Shown here: positions 48,459 to 58,149 of the stretch, piece by piece
Numbering within the stretch: position 1 is the first letter of the stretch
How the letters are laid out: each line of letters begins with the position of its first letter
Assembly: GCA_043814545.1 (NCBI GenBank)
Contig: JBDRJY010000007.1
Span: 6,819-70,818, forward strand
Reading direction: 5' to 3'
Origin: an archaeon
GTDB lineage: Archaea; Nanobdellota; Nanobdellia; SCGC-AAA011-G17; GW2011-AR17
Length of the DNA stretch: 64,000 nt
Translations under genes and position numbers: made by a program
Notes under the pieces: model-generated
What the model was told of the DNA's origin: nothing
Seen by the model: only the letters and a program-made list of their open reading frames with translations
Databases searched by the model: none

Positions 48459-49247
48459 CTACTTCAACTTAACAATAAAAAACACTTCGTTAAAAACTTC
48501 AAACTCTTCATACTTATAATCTTTAATTATCTGCTTAAACCAACTTAAACGATTCTTGCTAATCTTATTTTTACCACCTAATGTCCGCGTAGGAAAACTC
48601 ACAACCAACCATTTTACATTAAGGGAATGTACTAATTCTTTAGAAACATTTTTCTTAATTGTTTCAAGAGTATCTAACAACTTAAACATAAAACACACAT
48701 CAGCTTTAGGAAGCATAGGAATAATTGTCAAGTCTAAAGCAAAAGCTTCACCTTTTATTTTCAACTTACTAAAATATTTGTTTAACAACTTAGCATCATC
48801 TTCAGTAAGTTCAGTTGCATAATACTTCAAGTTACGTTTATTCATGTAAGGGTACGAAATAGGATTAAGACCACAACCTAAATCTAAAACAGAATTTACA
48901 TTACCAGTAACAGAAAAGATTTTCAAATAAATTTCGGAATAGAACGGCAACCTTTCCTTAGTAGATGTATGCAAAGACAAAACTTTATCATGAGTCTCAA
49001 GATCAGTAATAGAAGATATTTCATCTACCAGATCATTAGCCTTGTGAAACTTATGCAATTTGAAAGCACCATAAACTTCGCGTAAGATACGACGAGATTC
49101 TTTAACAACTTCTTTCTGATGTTTTTTCTTAGAAAGATCCTTATCAAAAGTTTTGACGACAGAATCAACAACAGATTTGACAAACTCGTAATCTAAAGAC
49201 CGTAACTCTTTTTTCTTTTTTACTTCTTCTACAAGTTCGGTTATCAT
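48459..49247 (-). CDS. ArmA/Rmt/Sgm (FmrO)-like 16S rRNA m7G methyltransferase
   Basis: LSLHTSTKERLP, VLDLGCGLNP, FKLL..LE and VVSFPTRTLGG, all hallmarks of the family. Confidence 0.85.
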   Translation of the reverse strand: MITELVEEVKKKKELRSLDYEFVKSVVDSVVKTFDKDLSKKKHQKEVVKESRRILREVYGAFKLHKFHKANDLVDEISSITDLETHDKVLSLHTSTKERLPFYSEIYLKIFSVTGNVNSVLDLGCGLNPISYPYMNKRNLKYYATELTEDDAKLLNKYFSKLKIKGEAFALDLTIIPMLPKADVCFMFKLLDTLETIKKNVSKELVHSLNVKWLVVSFPTRTLGGKNKISKNRLSWFKQIIKDYKYEEFEVFNEVFFIVKLK

Positions 49248-49786
49248 AATTTTTCTTCAAACTGTTTATTTTTCAAATTACGTACAGAAACTTCTAACCA
49301 TTTGAAAACGTTACCATGCGGCGAACCTTCAAGCAACATTTCAATTGCACGTTTAGCTAAAGACAAATATTCAATTTCACCAAGGATAGCAATTGTCTTC
49401 CCGTAAACAGAAACATGACATTCGGTAAGACGTTCAATCATCTTCCTAGACTTACCTTCAGCACCAATAACTCTACCTTTCAACCTCATTTGAGTTTTCT
49501 TTGATTTACCTACAAAATCTTGAATATTAAGAATATCCAAACCATATTCTTCACTAAACAACAACATAGCATTTTCAGGCGAAAACCCTCTACCTATAGC
49601 CTGGACAACAATTTTCATTTCAAAAGCAGCAACACTATCTTTGGATTCTAAACCAACATCGCCAGTGTCAGAGTTAACAGAAATTCTTACACCAGACTTT
49701 TTTTCTAAAAGATTTTTAATTTCCCCTTTAGTACCGATTAGAACAGCTACACGTTCCTTGGGAATCTTAATTTCTTGTCGACTCAT
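49244..49786 (-). CDS. KH-domain ribosome biogenesis protein Dim2/Pno1
   Basis: IPKERVAVLIG, AIGRGF, GRVIGAEGK and GSPHG motifs. Confidence 0.93.
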   Translation of the reverse strand: MSRQEIKIPKERVAVLIGTKGEIKNLLEKKSGVRISVNSDTGDVGLESKDSVAAFEMKIVVQAIGRGFSPENAMLLFSEEYGLDILNIQDFVGKSKKTQMRLKGRVIGAEGKSRKMIERLTECHVSVYGKTIAILGEIEYLSLAKRAIEMLLEGSPHGNVFKWLEVSVRNLKNKQFEEKL

Positions 49787-50481
49787 TTTATTACTCGTTC
49801 AAACTCTTTTTCAGGGTCTAATATAAAACCTTGTTTCTTAAACCGCATGCAAACGTTCTTAATATCACGTTTTAACAATTCTTTCACGTTCGGATATCTT
49901 AAATCAACAGCATGTGACCAGTCTATAATAATAGGCCTTTCCTCGTAATTTATCACGTTAAACGCAGACAGGTCACCATGGACCAACCTTGCTTCTCGAT
50001 ACAACATTTGAACGTCTTTTATAAGCCTTTCGTAAAAGATTTTTGGGTCTTCTGGTGGACATTGACTCATTAAAGGCGCTGGATCATTGTTTTTACCGAT
50101 AAATTCCATTACAAGAATATTTTTATATACTGCTATAGGCTTAGGTACTTTAATACCCACTTTCCTGCATTTTAACAGATTTCTATACTCTTTCTTCGCC
50201 CAAGAGTAAATTATACTAGTTTTGTTTCTCTTTAAACCTGCAAATCTAGGGTCAGGCGACATGTATTCGTACATTTTCTTAAAATTAGCTGACACCCTAT
50301 AGATTTTTACAGCAACGTAACCATCATCTTTAGTAGCGGAAAAGACATTAGCTTCCTTACCTAGAGAAATCAAACTTTTCAATTCGTCAAAATAATTTTG
50401 TGATGATAACTTAAACAAACTTCTAAGAGTACTTTGATCAAATACATTTTCATAAGCCTTAAACTTGTCTAAGCCACCCAT
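49783..50481 (-). CDS. rio1: Rio1 serine kinase
   Basis: GKEANVF, AVKIY, WAKKEYRNL, LVHGDLSAFN and IID motifs. Confidence 0.93.
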   Translation of the reverse strand: MGGLDKFKAYENVFDQSTLRSLFKLSSQNYFDELKSLISLGKEANVFSATKDDGYVAVKIYRVSANFKKMYEYMSPDPRFAGLKRNKTSIIYSWAKKEYRNLLKCRKVGIKVPKPIAVYKNILVMEFIGKNNDPAPLMSQCPPEDPKIFYERLIKDVQMLYREARLVHGDLSAFNVINYEERPIIIDWSHAVDLRYPNVKELLKRDIKNVCMRFKKQGFILDPEKEFERVIK

Positions 50482-50532
50482 AATAATTCAGAATTTAACT
50501 TGGTTTAAATACGTTGTGATTAAAGGGAAAGA

Positions 50533-51465
50533 TTAACAGAATAATTTATTATAAAATTCTTCTCGGCCTATTAAATTAAGAGATTCTATTTTCTTTTTCT
50601 CACTTTCATAATCATCGTTGTCATGGATAAACCAGCCTATACTCATAAAAACTACCATTTTCAGTATATCGTACAAATGTTCTTTCTCTATTTGAGTTAA
50701 TTTTCTATGTTTATTATATTCTACAAGAAGTTCTTTTGCCTTGTTAAAAATTAGTTTCTTCTTATGCGGCCAAGCCCAAAAATAAATCATATTTGATATA
50801 TCATAAAGAAGATAAACATAACTAGCATCATCAAAATCTAAAACAGCAGTCAGTTTATTATTTTTATATAAAAAATTTGAAGGGTGAGTATCACAATGGC
50901 AAAGTCCTTTAGGAAGGTTGTTAGGAAGTTTTAATTTCTGTAATTCTATTTTTAACCATCTTAATCTATTTTCAGATTCTGATTTGGATTTAATTTTTCT
51001 TGAATTTAATTTTGCATTTTTCCAACAGGAATTAGGATCATAAGTATCACGAACTTTATAATACTCTGGCTTATATCCAATACTAATCTTATGAAGTTTG
51101 CCTATTGTTTGAGCAATCAATTTAGCATCTCCTTTTTTTCTATGTACTCCTTCCATTAACTCAAAAAGGGCAAAAGGTTTATTTTTATATTTTCCAAGAA
51201 ATCTACCGTGTTTGTTTCTTATTGGTGCAGGGCAAGGATAAGAATGTTTTTTTAAATATTGTAAAATGTTTGATTCAAATAAAGCATATTTTTCAGGTCG
51301 GTTTTCATAATATCTAAAAACAAATTTTCCTCTTGTAGTTTCAAGCAATAAGTTTGTTTGGACAGCACCCAACTTAAAAGGTTTAAATTTTTTATATTCG
51401 CCTAAATCATACTCAGAAAGAATTTTATTAAAATCTTCTTTTGAAAATGTTGTTTTAACTGCCAC
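50533..51465 (-). CDS. APH-superfamily phosphotransferase (type II homoserine kinase-like)
   Basis: MAVKT start; GAVQTN, HCDTHPSNFL and VLDFDD motifs. Confidence 0.8.
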   Translation of the reverse strand: MAVKTTFSKEDFNKILSEYDLGEYKKFKPFKLGAVQTNLLLETTRGKFVFRYYENRPEKYALFESNILQYLKKHSYPCPAPIRNKHGRFLGKYKNKPFALFELMEGVHRKKGDAKLIAQTIGKLHKISIGYKPEYYKVRDTYDPNSCWKNAKLNSRKIKSKSESENRLRWLKIELQKLKLPNNLPKGLCHCDTHPSNFLYKNNKLTAVLDFDDASYVYLLYDISNMIYFWAWPHKKKLIFNKAKELLVEYNKHRKLTQIEKEHLYDILKMVVFMSIGWFIHDNDDYESEKKKIESLNLIGREEFYNKLFC

Positions 51466-51520
51466 ACTCTTTATTGATATAATTAGATTTAAAAAACTTT
51501 CTTTGTCAATAAAATAAAAT

Positions 51521-52093
51521 TCACTTAACTCTTCTTCTATAAAAGTCAGCTAAAAATATATTTTTTGTAAAAGCTCCTGCAGGTATACCAACCAAAACAA
51601 TAATCATGATTAAAAAGATAATACCTAACAAAATACTTTGCCCTAAAGCCAAAAGATAATCTCCAAAATTATTAAAAACAGATTTTATAATTCTAAATTC
51701 AAAAAAAGATTCAATTGTTTGTTTGTTAAAGAAATTTATAGTTAACATTGGAACTATCAATAATTGTAATAATAAATCAACCAAACTCAGCACACCTTCA
51801 TTTAATCCTAAGACTTCAACAACCAAACCTACAACACTAATAAAAATTGCATATACTATCACAAAAGGTAAAGCTTTCAAAAACATAAAAAAACCTAACT
51901 TCAAATCACTCTTAAACTTAAAAATTGGTAATTTCTTAAATTTACCCTTACAAAACTCTTGAACTATCCGAATAGAATATCCACCAATTGCAAACCAACC
52001 AATAATCGGCAAAAGAATCCATAAAATATTCAATAAACCTTTAGGTCTGTTAAAAGGATATTTGAAAGCTTTCTTAAAATCTAATTTTGCCAT
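51521..52093 (-). CDS. DUF4013-like membrane protein
   Basis: AFKYPF, PIIG...GY...LP pattern; about 4 TM helices. Confidence 0.7.
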   Translation of the reverse strand: MAKLDFKKAFKYPFNRPKGLLNILWILLPIIGWFAIGGYSIRIVQEFCKGKFKKLPIFKFKSDLKLGFFMFLKALPFVIVYAIFISVVGLVVEVLGLNEGVLSLVDLLLQLLIVPMLTINFFNKQTIESFFEFRIIKSVFNNFGDYLLALGQSILLGIIFLIMIIVLVGIPAGAFTKNIFLADFYRRRVK

Positions 52094-52131
52094 GTATTAA
52101 TCCAAGTTAACCAAACTTATAAAACTAACTA

Positions 52132-52587
52132 TTAAACAATAATCATCACTAAAGCCAACACAGCTCCAAAAAGAAAACCAGCAAAAACATCAGTAACATA
52201 ATGCCTTTTCATAACAACCCGAGTAACACCTGTAACAACAACCAATACAATAGATAATATAGTAACATAAAAATTCTGCAAAGAAACCGAACAAAAGATT
52301 GCTAACATAATGACACGCATAGAATGTAAAGAAGGAAACGAACTTGCACCCATTTTTTCCAAAAAAGTCACAGCCTTCATCTTCTTAGGACGTTCACGAA
52401 AATAAACAGATTTTATTATAACAACAATTACCAAAGACAAAACGTAAGCAATAATTAACTGTGCAGCTAAGATATACATTGAATAAATTAAAGATAAAAC
52501 AATAACAAAACCGTAAAAAGCTGTACTGCCAAAAGCTGTTAAACCTTCAACCAAATCTTTTATAATCAAATGCATATAATAACACAA
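52132..52587 (-). CDS. PAP2-family phosphatase
   Basis: K....RERP, SFPSLH and R....H...DV motifs. Confidence 0.85.
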   Translation of the reverse strand: MCYYMHLIIKDLVEGLTAFGSTAFYGFVIVLSLIYSMYILAAQLIIAYVLSLVIVVIIKSVYFRERPKKMKAVTFLEKMGASSFPSLHSMRVIMLAIFCSVSLQNFYVTILSIVLVVVTGVTRVVMKRHYVTDVFAGFLFGAVLALVMIIV

Positions 52588-52610
52588 GACTTAAACAATT
52601 AAAAATGTAT

Positions 52611-52973
52611 CTAAAACTCTTCCATATCTTCAATAACTTCTTTTACCATACCTTTTCTCTTTAGAACAGAAACTTGATTAGGTTTATACTTGTAAACAAC
52701 ATCACCTTTCTCGTCACCGCCCAAATCCCAAGGCTTAATAAGTAAAGTATCACCTTCACGCACCCATAACCGCCTTTTCAACCTGCCAGGTATACGACAA
52801 ATCCTCATTCTACCATCAAAACATCTTACTCTCATTCTAGAACCACCAAGTCTAGACTCTAAAATCCCAAGAACTTCGTTATCTCTAGGCATCCTAACAC
52901 GAACAAACTCTGGTTGTGGTTCAAGTGTACCTTTCTGTTTCTTTTTCTTATCAAATTTCCTGGGTGGTGGCAT
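52611..52973 (-). CDS. eif1a: Translation initiation factor aIF-1A
   Basis: RLGG, RICRIPGRLKRRLWVREGD and KGDV motifs. Start moved to the ATG at 52973. Confidence 0.95.
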   Translation of the reverse strand: MPPPRKFDKKKKQKGTLEPQPEFVRVRMPRDNEVLGILESRLGGSRMRVRCFDGRMRICRIPGRLKRRLWVREGDTLLIKPWDLGGDEKGDVVYKYKPNQVSVLKRKGMVKEVIEDMEEF

Positions 52974-53008
52974 TAGAATAAAGAATTGTGGATAGTTTAT
53001 AAACATTC

Positions 53009-53025
53009 GGTTTTAGCTTTCAGCT
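53009..53025 (-). repeat. Dispersed mini-hairpin element, copy 8, overlapping the lysA stop codon
   Basis: + strand GGTTTTAGCTTTCAGCT; the tail abuts the aIF-1A BRE/TATA CGAATGTTTATAAA. Confidence 0.6.
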
Positions 53026-54309
53026 TAAATGTTTAGGTATTTTTTCGCCAATTACAAGTTGTTCAAACTGTTGATGCTCTCTTATAACATGCGAAAAACC
53101 ATTTGTATCAATTAAAACTTCTGTTGGTAATAACATAGAATTATAATTAGATTGCATTGACGTACCATATGCACCAACACAACTTATCACAACTAAGTCG
53201 TCAGGTTTTGCTAAAGCTAACTCTCTCGGTAACATGTGCCCAATTTCATCACGAGTAAAAACGTCGCCAGATTCACATAAGTTACCCGCAACAACAACGT
53301 TAGATTTTTTTCTTTCACCATTAGCAATAACAGCTATCGGATGGTAAGCACCGTAAGCCATAGGACGAACCAAATTGTTAAACCCTGCATTAATCATAAG
53401 AAAAGTCATCTCAGACGTATTTTTCAAACCTAAAACTTCTGTAATCAACGAACCTGAATCTGCTAAAAAATATCTTCCTGGTTCAAGCTCAAACTGAACT
53501 TTACCATACTCTTTTTTAAATTTCTTCAAACGTTCAAGTAACCGAGGAGCAAACTCGTGCAAGTTAAATTCTTTCTCAGTTAAAGAGTTATATACTGTAG
53601 GAAAACCGCCACCGAGGTTAACAAAATCTAAATTTTCAAATCTTTTTGCAATGCATAAACTTTTGTCAACAATGTTTAACCATCTATCAAGATCATTACC
53701 AGAACCGGCGTGCGTGTGAACACCTTTAATATTTAAGCTATGTTCCTGGGCAATTTTCTGTAACTCATCAATTTGTGTATGATAAATGCCATGCTTTGAA
53801 TAAGGTCCAGCAGTTGTACAAGTTAAATGATGACCAGTGCCCATTCCAGGATTAATACGCACAGCAATGTTGGGATTACGAAATTTCATTTTACCATAAC
53901 GTTCAATATCATCTAACGAACCAAGGTTAACCATAATATTATTATCAAACATATATTCTAACGTATCATGCGAACCATCATCACTTGTGAAAATCATCTC
54001 TTCAGGCTGATAACCTGTCTTAAGGCAACGCCAAACTTCGCCCTGAGAAACAGCGTCAATCATAAGACCTTCACTTTTTATTATTTTAAGTATAGCACCA
54101 AGAGTGTTAGCTTTACAAGCATAACGTAAATTAATGCCAGGAAGTTCACGTTTAAAATCTTGACACCTTTCACGAATAATATTTTCTTCATAAACAAACA
54201 AAGGAGTGCCGTGTACTATTGCTAATTCAGAAACATAATTTAAATTATCTTTAAACAAATCAGACCGTAATTCTCCATAAACTTTACTCGTTACTTTCTT
54301 CGTCAACAT
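53020..54309 (-). CDS. lysA: Diaminopimelate decarboxylase
   Basis: GTPLFVY, YACKAN (PLP Lys), HTHAGS, NLGGG, EPGR, LCESGD and GAYG..M.SNYN motifs. Confidence 0.9.
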   Translation of the reverse strand: MLTKKVTSKVYGELRSDLFKDNLNYVSELAIVHGTPLFVYEENIIRERCQDFKRELPGINLRYACKANTLGAILKIIKSEGLMIDAVSQGEVWRCLKTGYQPEEMIFTSDDGSHDTLEYMFDNNIMVNLGSLDDIERYGKMKFRNPNIAVRINPGMGTGHHLTCTTAGPYSKHGIYHTQIDELQKIAQEHSLNIKGVHTHAGSGNDLDRWLNIVDKSLCIAKRFENLDFVNLGGGFPTVYNSLTEKEFNLHEFAPRLLERLKKFKKEYGKVQFELEPGRYFLADSGSLITEVLGLKNTSEMTFLMINAGFNNLVRPMAYGAYHPIAVIANGERKKSNVVVAGNLCESGDVFTRDEIGHMLPRELALAKPDDLVVISCVGAYGTSMQSNYNSMLLPTEVLIDTNGFSHVIREHQQFEQLVIGEKIPKHLS

Positions 54310-54613
54310 GTTTTCGGAAAAGAACTGTTGCCCTATATAAATCTTTACTTTTCATATTATCGCGAGTGTGTAAAGTATGAGTTACTTTTACTTCTCCTTT
54401 AAACTTCTTAAGCTTTGCAGCAATAGACCGAGCATACCTTTGCGAACTTAAATAAATGTCAACACCGCCCTTAACTTCAAAAATTCTAGAAATAAAAACA
54501 CTTTTACGTTTCTTAACTTGATTTTGAATAAAACGAAAAACTTCGTCGTCAAAAGGTCTTAACTGTATTACCGCTTCCCAATAATTATTTCCTGAATCAT
54601 AAACAACTTTCAT
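54284..54613 (-). CDS. NMD3-related protein (C-terminal part only)
   Basis: YWEAVIQLR, GGVDIYLSS and LYRATVLFR; lacks the N-terminal Zn fingers. Confidence 0.7.
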   Translation of the reverse strand: MKVVYDSGNNYWEAVIQLRPFDDEVFRFIQNQVKKRKSVFISRIFEVKGGVDIYLSSQRYARSIAAKLKKFKGEVKVTHTLHTRDNMKSKDLYRATVLFRKHVDEESNE

Positions 54614-54897
54614 AAATTAACCTCGACAATCTGCGCATGGGGCACGTCGCCAATATAAATTATATTTTCCTCAGATACAAACCTATGTTTCAACACAAAC
54701 TTAATAGATTCTTTACCAATAATGTTAATGTTGTGCGCGTCTTGTAAAATATTTAACAACTCTTCCTCACTCTTTTCTTCACCACCGTAAAAACGTTCAG
54801 TAATTTGAATTTCCAAATTTTCGTCAGAAATAGTTTTACCAATAAGATCTTTATCACAAACAGCTACAACACCTTGATGAATCTTGACAAGTATCAT
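54610..54897 (-). CDS. DUF424 family protein
   Basis: VAVCDKDLIGK, FYGG, NIIG and VPHAQ motifs. Confidence 0.85.
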   Translation of the reverse strand: MILVKIHQGVVAVCDKDLIGKTISDENLEIQITERFYGGEEKSEEELLNILQDAHNINIIGKESIKFVLKHRFVSEENIIYIGDVPHAQIVEVNL

Positions 54898-55298
54898 ATT
54901 TTCGATTTGATAGGACTTTTTTCACCACAAGCTGTACATTTTAATGTTTTACCACCTTCAATAATCTCAGTGTCAGGTTTACCACACTTAGGACAAATAA
55001 CAAACTCATGAGCATACTGTTCAATCTTTGAATTAATGAACACAGAACTTAACTTTCTACCTAAGATTAAACGCGGACCATCAATCTTTGTCGGTGTAGC
55101 CAATTCATGTTGCAAGTATTTTAACAAATGCTGCGGATCTCTACTCAAATCTGAAGCAATCTGGAAAAAGTTTGTTAGAATCGTACGTATACCTTCAACA
55201 TGCCCTCTAACTTTAGGTATTTCAAACCGTTTTTCTTCAATAACATTCTTAGGCAACGTTTTCCCTGCACGTTTTAACAGTGTTTCATAATCAGTCAT
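54894..55298 (-). CDS. eif2b: Translation initiation factor aIF-2 beta
   Basis: YETLLKRA, RFEIP, ELAT and CPKCGKPDT...CTACG motifs. Confidence 0.93.
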   Translation of the reverse strand: MTDYETLLKRAGKTLPKNVIEEKRFEIPKVRGHVEGIRTILTNFFQIASDLSRDPQHLLKYLQHELATPTKIDGPRLILGRKLSSVFINSKIEQYAHEFVICPKCGKPDTEIIEGGKTLKCTACGEKSPIKSKI

Positions 55299-55322
55299 AA
55301 AAGGTTAGAAATTTTGTGTTGT

Positions 55323-55430
55323 TTATAAGCGTTTGGTTCTCTGCGGACCGCCTTTTTTATACACTCTCACCTTACGTTTCAACTTTTTCTCTTTCTTAGA
55401 TTTTCTTTTATCATAAGAGGGTTCTTCCAT
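55323..55430 (-). CDS. Putative 35-aa highly basic peptide
   Basis: MEEPSYDKRKSKKEKKLKRKVRVYKKGGPQRTKRL; TATA-like ATTTAAG ~25 nt upstream. Confidence 0.55.
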   Translation of the reverse strand: MEEPSYDKRKSKKEKKLKRKVRVYKKGGPQRTKRL

Positions 55431-55460
55431 TAACAATAATCTAGATTTTAGAACTTAAAT

Positions 55461-55479
55461 GGTTTTTGGCTAACGCCTG
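55461..55479 (-). repeat. Dispersed mini-hairpin element, copy 9 (stem swapped)
   Basis: + strand GGTTTTTGGCTAACGCCTG (minus-strand loop GTTA). Confidence 0.75.
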
Positions 55480-55489
55480 TAAGAAAAAC

Positions 55490-56140
55490 TCAAGAAAGAA
55501 TTTTTATAAAACCGTTCCGTGGACAAAACGCTTCACCTTCGCGAATAAGTTCTTCAATAACTTTTTCAGCTTCAACAACACTAACTCCGGCTTCCTTAAT
55601 TAACTGTTCAATATCTTTACCTTTAGAATCCTCACAATTTTCTATGATAGTAAATATTTTACCACGAACCAACATTGAAGGCTCGACTGGTTCTTCCTCT
55701 TCACTATCCATTTTAACTTGAACAGGTACATGTTCAGCCTTACCATAATCTTGTTCCAATTCTAAACGACGAAACTCATTCCATTTAGTATTACCTAAAT
55801 ACCGTGTAACTTCTGGACGTAAAAAAACTTCATCGTTTTGCACAGTTAACCGCCCAATAACAACGACTGAATCACCAACTTCCATATTCAAAACCATCGC
55901 AACATCTTCACCCCAAGCTTTAACACGAATTTGGCCAGAACCGTCGTCCAAAGTCAACGCAACGTAAGAAGAAGCTTCGCTAACATATTTTCCAATAACT
56001 AAAGCAATTAAATTTACACGTACAACACGTTTACCTTTAATGTCAAAAAACTTAAACCCTTCCTCATTGGTAACCACATTAGCACTAACCAAATCCCTAA
56101 TCCAAAACTTGTATGCGGTTTGTCTTTTTATCGGTGTCAT
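55490..56140 (-). CDS. RPA32-like OB-fold plus winged-helix ssDNA-binding protein
   Basis: RVNLIA, LDDGSGQI and VVVIG motifs; C-terminal IEELIREGEAFCP. Confidence 0.82.
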   Translation of the reverse strand: MTPIKRQTAYKFWIRDLVSANVVTNEEGFKFFDIKGKRVVRVNLIALVIGKYVSEASSYVALTLDDGSGQIRVKAWGEDVAMVLNMEVGDSVVVIGRLTVQNDEVFLRPEVTRYLGNTKWNEFRRLELEQDYGKAEHVPVQVKMDSEEEEPVEPSMLVRGKIFTIIENCEDSKGKDIEQLIKEAGVSVVEAEKVIEELIREGEAFCPRNGFIKILS

Positions 56141-58149
56141 ATTTTCTGTATGAAATTCGGCTTAGGCTGGAAGATATCTCCCGAACGTTTAAGCTTTTCG
56201 ATTGCTTCTTCAACTTTATCAGCAGATATACCTTTTTCAGCAGCAAGCCTAATAATTTCTTCAATCTCAATCATTTTTTTACCTTTAGCATCTAAATCAG
56301 ATATAAGAGTTTTAATCCTAACAATTTTGCTCCGAGTAGCAGCAGTCATCCCGGTATTAATTATGTCAATATCTATTGTACCTGTCTCGGCATCAAAACC
56401 TACTTGTTGTAAACAATACATTTGCAAGTTGATAGCTTTCTCCGCATCTTGAAGATCAACAGTTTTCGATAACCGTATACGAGCTGCAGCTTCGGCCATA
56501 CGTATAATAGCTTCAAGCTGACGAGGAGATATTGGAATACTTTTAATTTCTTCTCTACCTTTACCTTGGTTACGCAATTTTACATAAAACTCTTTTATCT
56601 TGACAATAGCTTCTTCCGTCAAAACAGGTTTAACACGTTGACGAACATAAGCAATAAATTTACGCAAAGTAGCAGCAGATACCTCAGGTTCAGAATCTTT
56701 ATACGACTGATTATCCAAAATCTTACTAGCAATGTTTGTGTCCAAAATTTTGTCTGGAAGGTCACGTAAAACAAAAATCAAATCAAACCTGTTAATCAAC
56801 GGTAACGGCAAATTAATCTGTTGTGGTATTGAAGTGTACGGGTCAAACCTTCCCATCTTTGGGTTCGCAGCTGCAAGCACTGAAGTTTCCGAACGTAGGG
56901 TAGCTTGAATGTTAGCTTTAGCAATAGAAATCCGTTGCTGTTCCATACCTTCATGCAAAGCAGAAGTATCTTCCTCACGCATTTTATCCATTTCATCTAA
57001 AACAAGAATACCCCTATCAGCAAGAACTAACGCACCTGCTTCTAAAGCCCATCCTCTCAAAAATTCATCTTTAACAACAGTAGCAGTAATACCAGCACCG
57101 GATGCTGACCTTCCTGCAACATACCTAGACTTAGGCGCTGCCGCATGTGTGAAGGTAAGCAATTGCGATTTGCCTGAACCAGGATCACCTACCAACAAAA
57201 CGTGTAAATCGCCACGTGAAACTGTTCCATCTTTTTTCTTCTTTCTAACTCCACCCATCATTTGTAAAGTGATAGCTTCCTTAATCCTATCATGACCATA
57301 TATACTTGGCGCGATTGAACCAACAAGCTTTTGATAAAACCCTTCCTGCGCAGCCATTTTTTTAATTTCTATTTCATCCTCAGAATTAATTTCAATTTCA
57401 GAAAAATCTTCTTCAATAGGTTCAATATGATTACTATCCATTTTCAAATCATATCTGGTAGAAGTTGCACCTGTCCTCAACGGAACAGGAACATCTTTGA
57501 CAACACCTGTTACTCGAACTTTACTTCCAGGAGTAGTACGTTTTTCCATTTTAGGTTCAACAAGATCTTCAGATAAAAAAACCGATAGACGTTTAGGCTG
57601 CGCCCCCCCTTCAAGATCTTCAGGCGATTCTTCGATAACCAACCTTTGCACGTCAACTAACTCACGTGAAAGAATTCTAAACCGTCCTTTACGCCCACAC
57701 GAACATTTGGCCGGTTCACGAAACTGACTATCATGTTGTAAAACTGTTATAACATTCCCGCACGATGGACATTCAAATTTTGCAGAAACAACTTGTGGCC
57801 TAACTTCTGACGACTGTCTAATGATACCTTCAACCATTAAAAACTTGTTAAGATGCTCGCTTCGTAAATTCCTTATAGGCACTTTCTGACTTTGCGAGAG
57901 GTTCATAAACCTAACCCTAAAATTCTTAGGAGCTTCAAACTGTTCAAGAGCAATTTCTGAAGCTTTAACTGCATCATCAGGCTGTTCTAAAAGATCTTCG
58001 GCAAGGTCAACATCAAAACGGGACAAATCAGCAAAATCTACAACTAAGAAATTATTACCTTTAGACAACTGACTATGAATTTCATCTTTATAATTAGTTT
58101 CAAAAAATTCCTGAAAACGTTCTATTTGCTCAGTTGCATCTAAAGTCAA
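56137..58149 (-). CDS. mcm: MCM replicative helicase (no intein)
   Basis: Zn finger; GDPGSGKSQ, DEMDK, AAANP, NRFD and SPRQLE motifs. Likely TTG start at 58149 after a GGGGTG RBS. Confidence 0.96.
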   Translation of the reverse strand: MTLDATEQIERFQEFFETNYKDEIHSQLSKGNNFLVVDFADLSRFDVDLAEDLLEQPDDAVKASEIALEQFEAPKNFRVRFMNLSQSQKVPIRNLRSEHLNKFLMVEGIIRQSSEVRPQVVSAKFECPSCGNVITVLQHDSQFREPAKCSCGRKGRFRILSRELVDVQRLVIEESPEDLEGGAQPKRLSVFLSEDLVEPKMEKRTTPGSKVRVTGVVKDVPVPLRTGATSTRYDLKMDSNHIEPIEEDFSEIEINSEDEIEIKKMAAQEGFYQKLVGSIAPSIYGHDRIKEAITLQMMGGVRKKKKDGTVSRGDLHVLLVGDPGSGKSQLLTFTHAAAPKSRYVAGRSASGAGITATVVKDEFLRGWALEAGALVLADRGILVLDEMDKMREEDTSALHEGMEQQRISIAKANIQATLRSETSVLAAANPKMGRFDPYTSIPQQINLPLPLINRFDLIFVLRDLPDKILDTNIASKILDNQSYKDSEPEVSAATLRKFIAYVRQRVKPVLTEEAIVKIKEFYVKLRNQGKGREEIKSIPISPRQLEAIIRMAEAAARIRLSKTVDLQDAEKAINLQMYCLQQVGFDAETGTIDIDIINTGMTAATRSKIVRIKTLISDLDAKGKKMIEIEEIIRLAAEKGISADKVEEAIEKLKRSGDIFQPKPNFIQKI

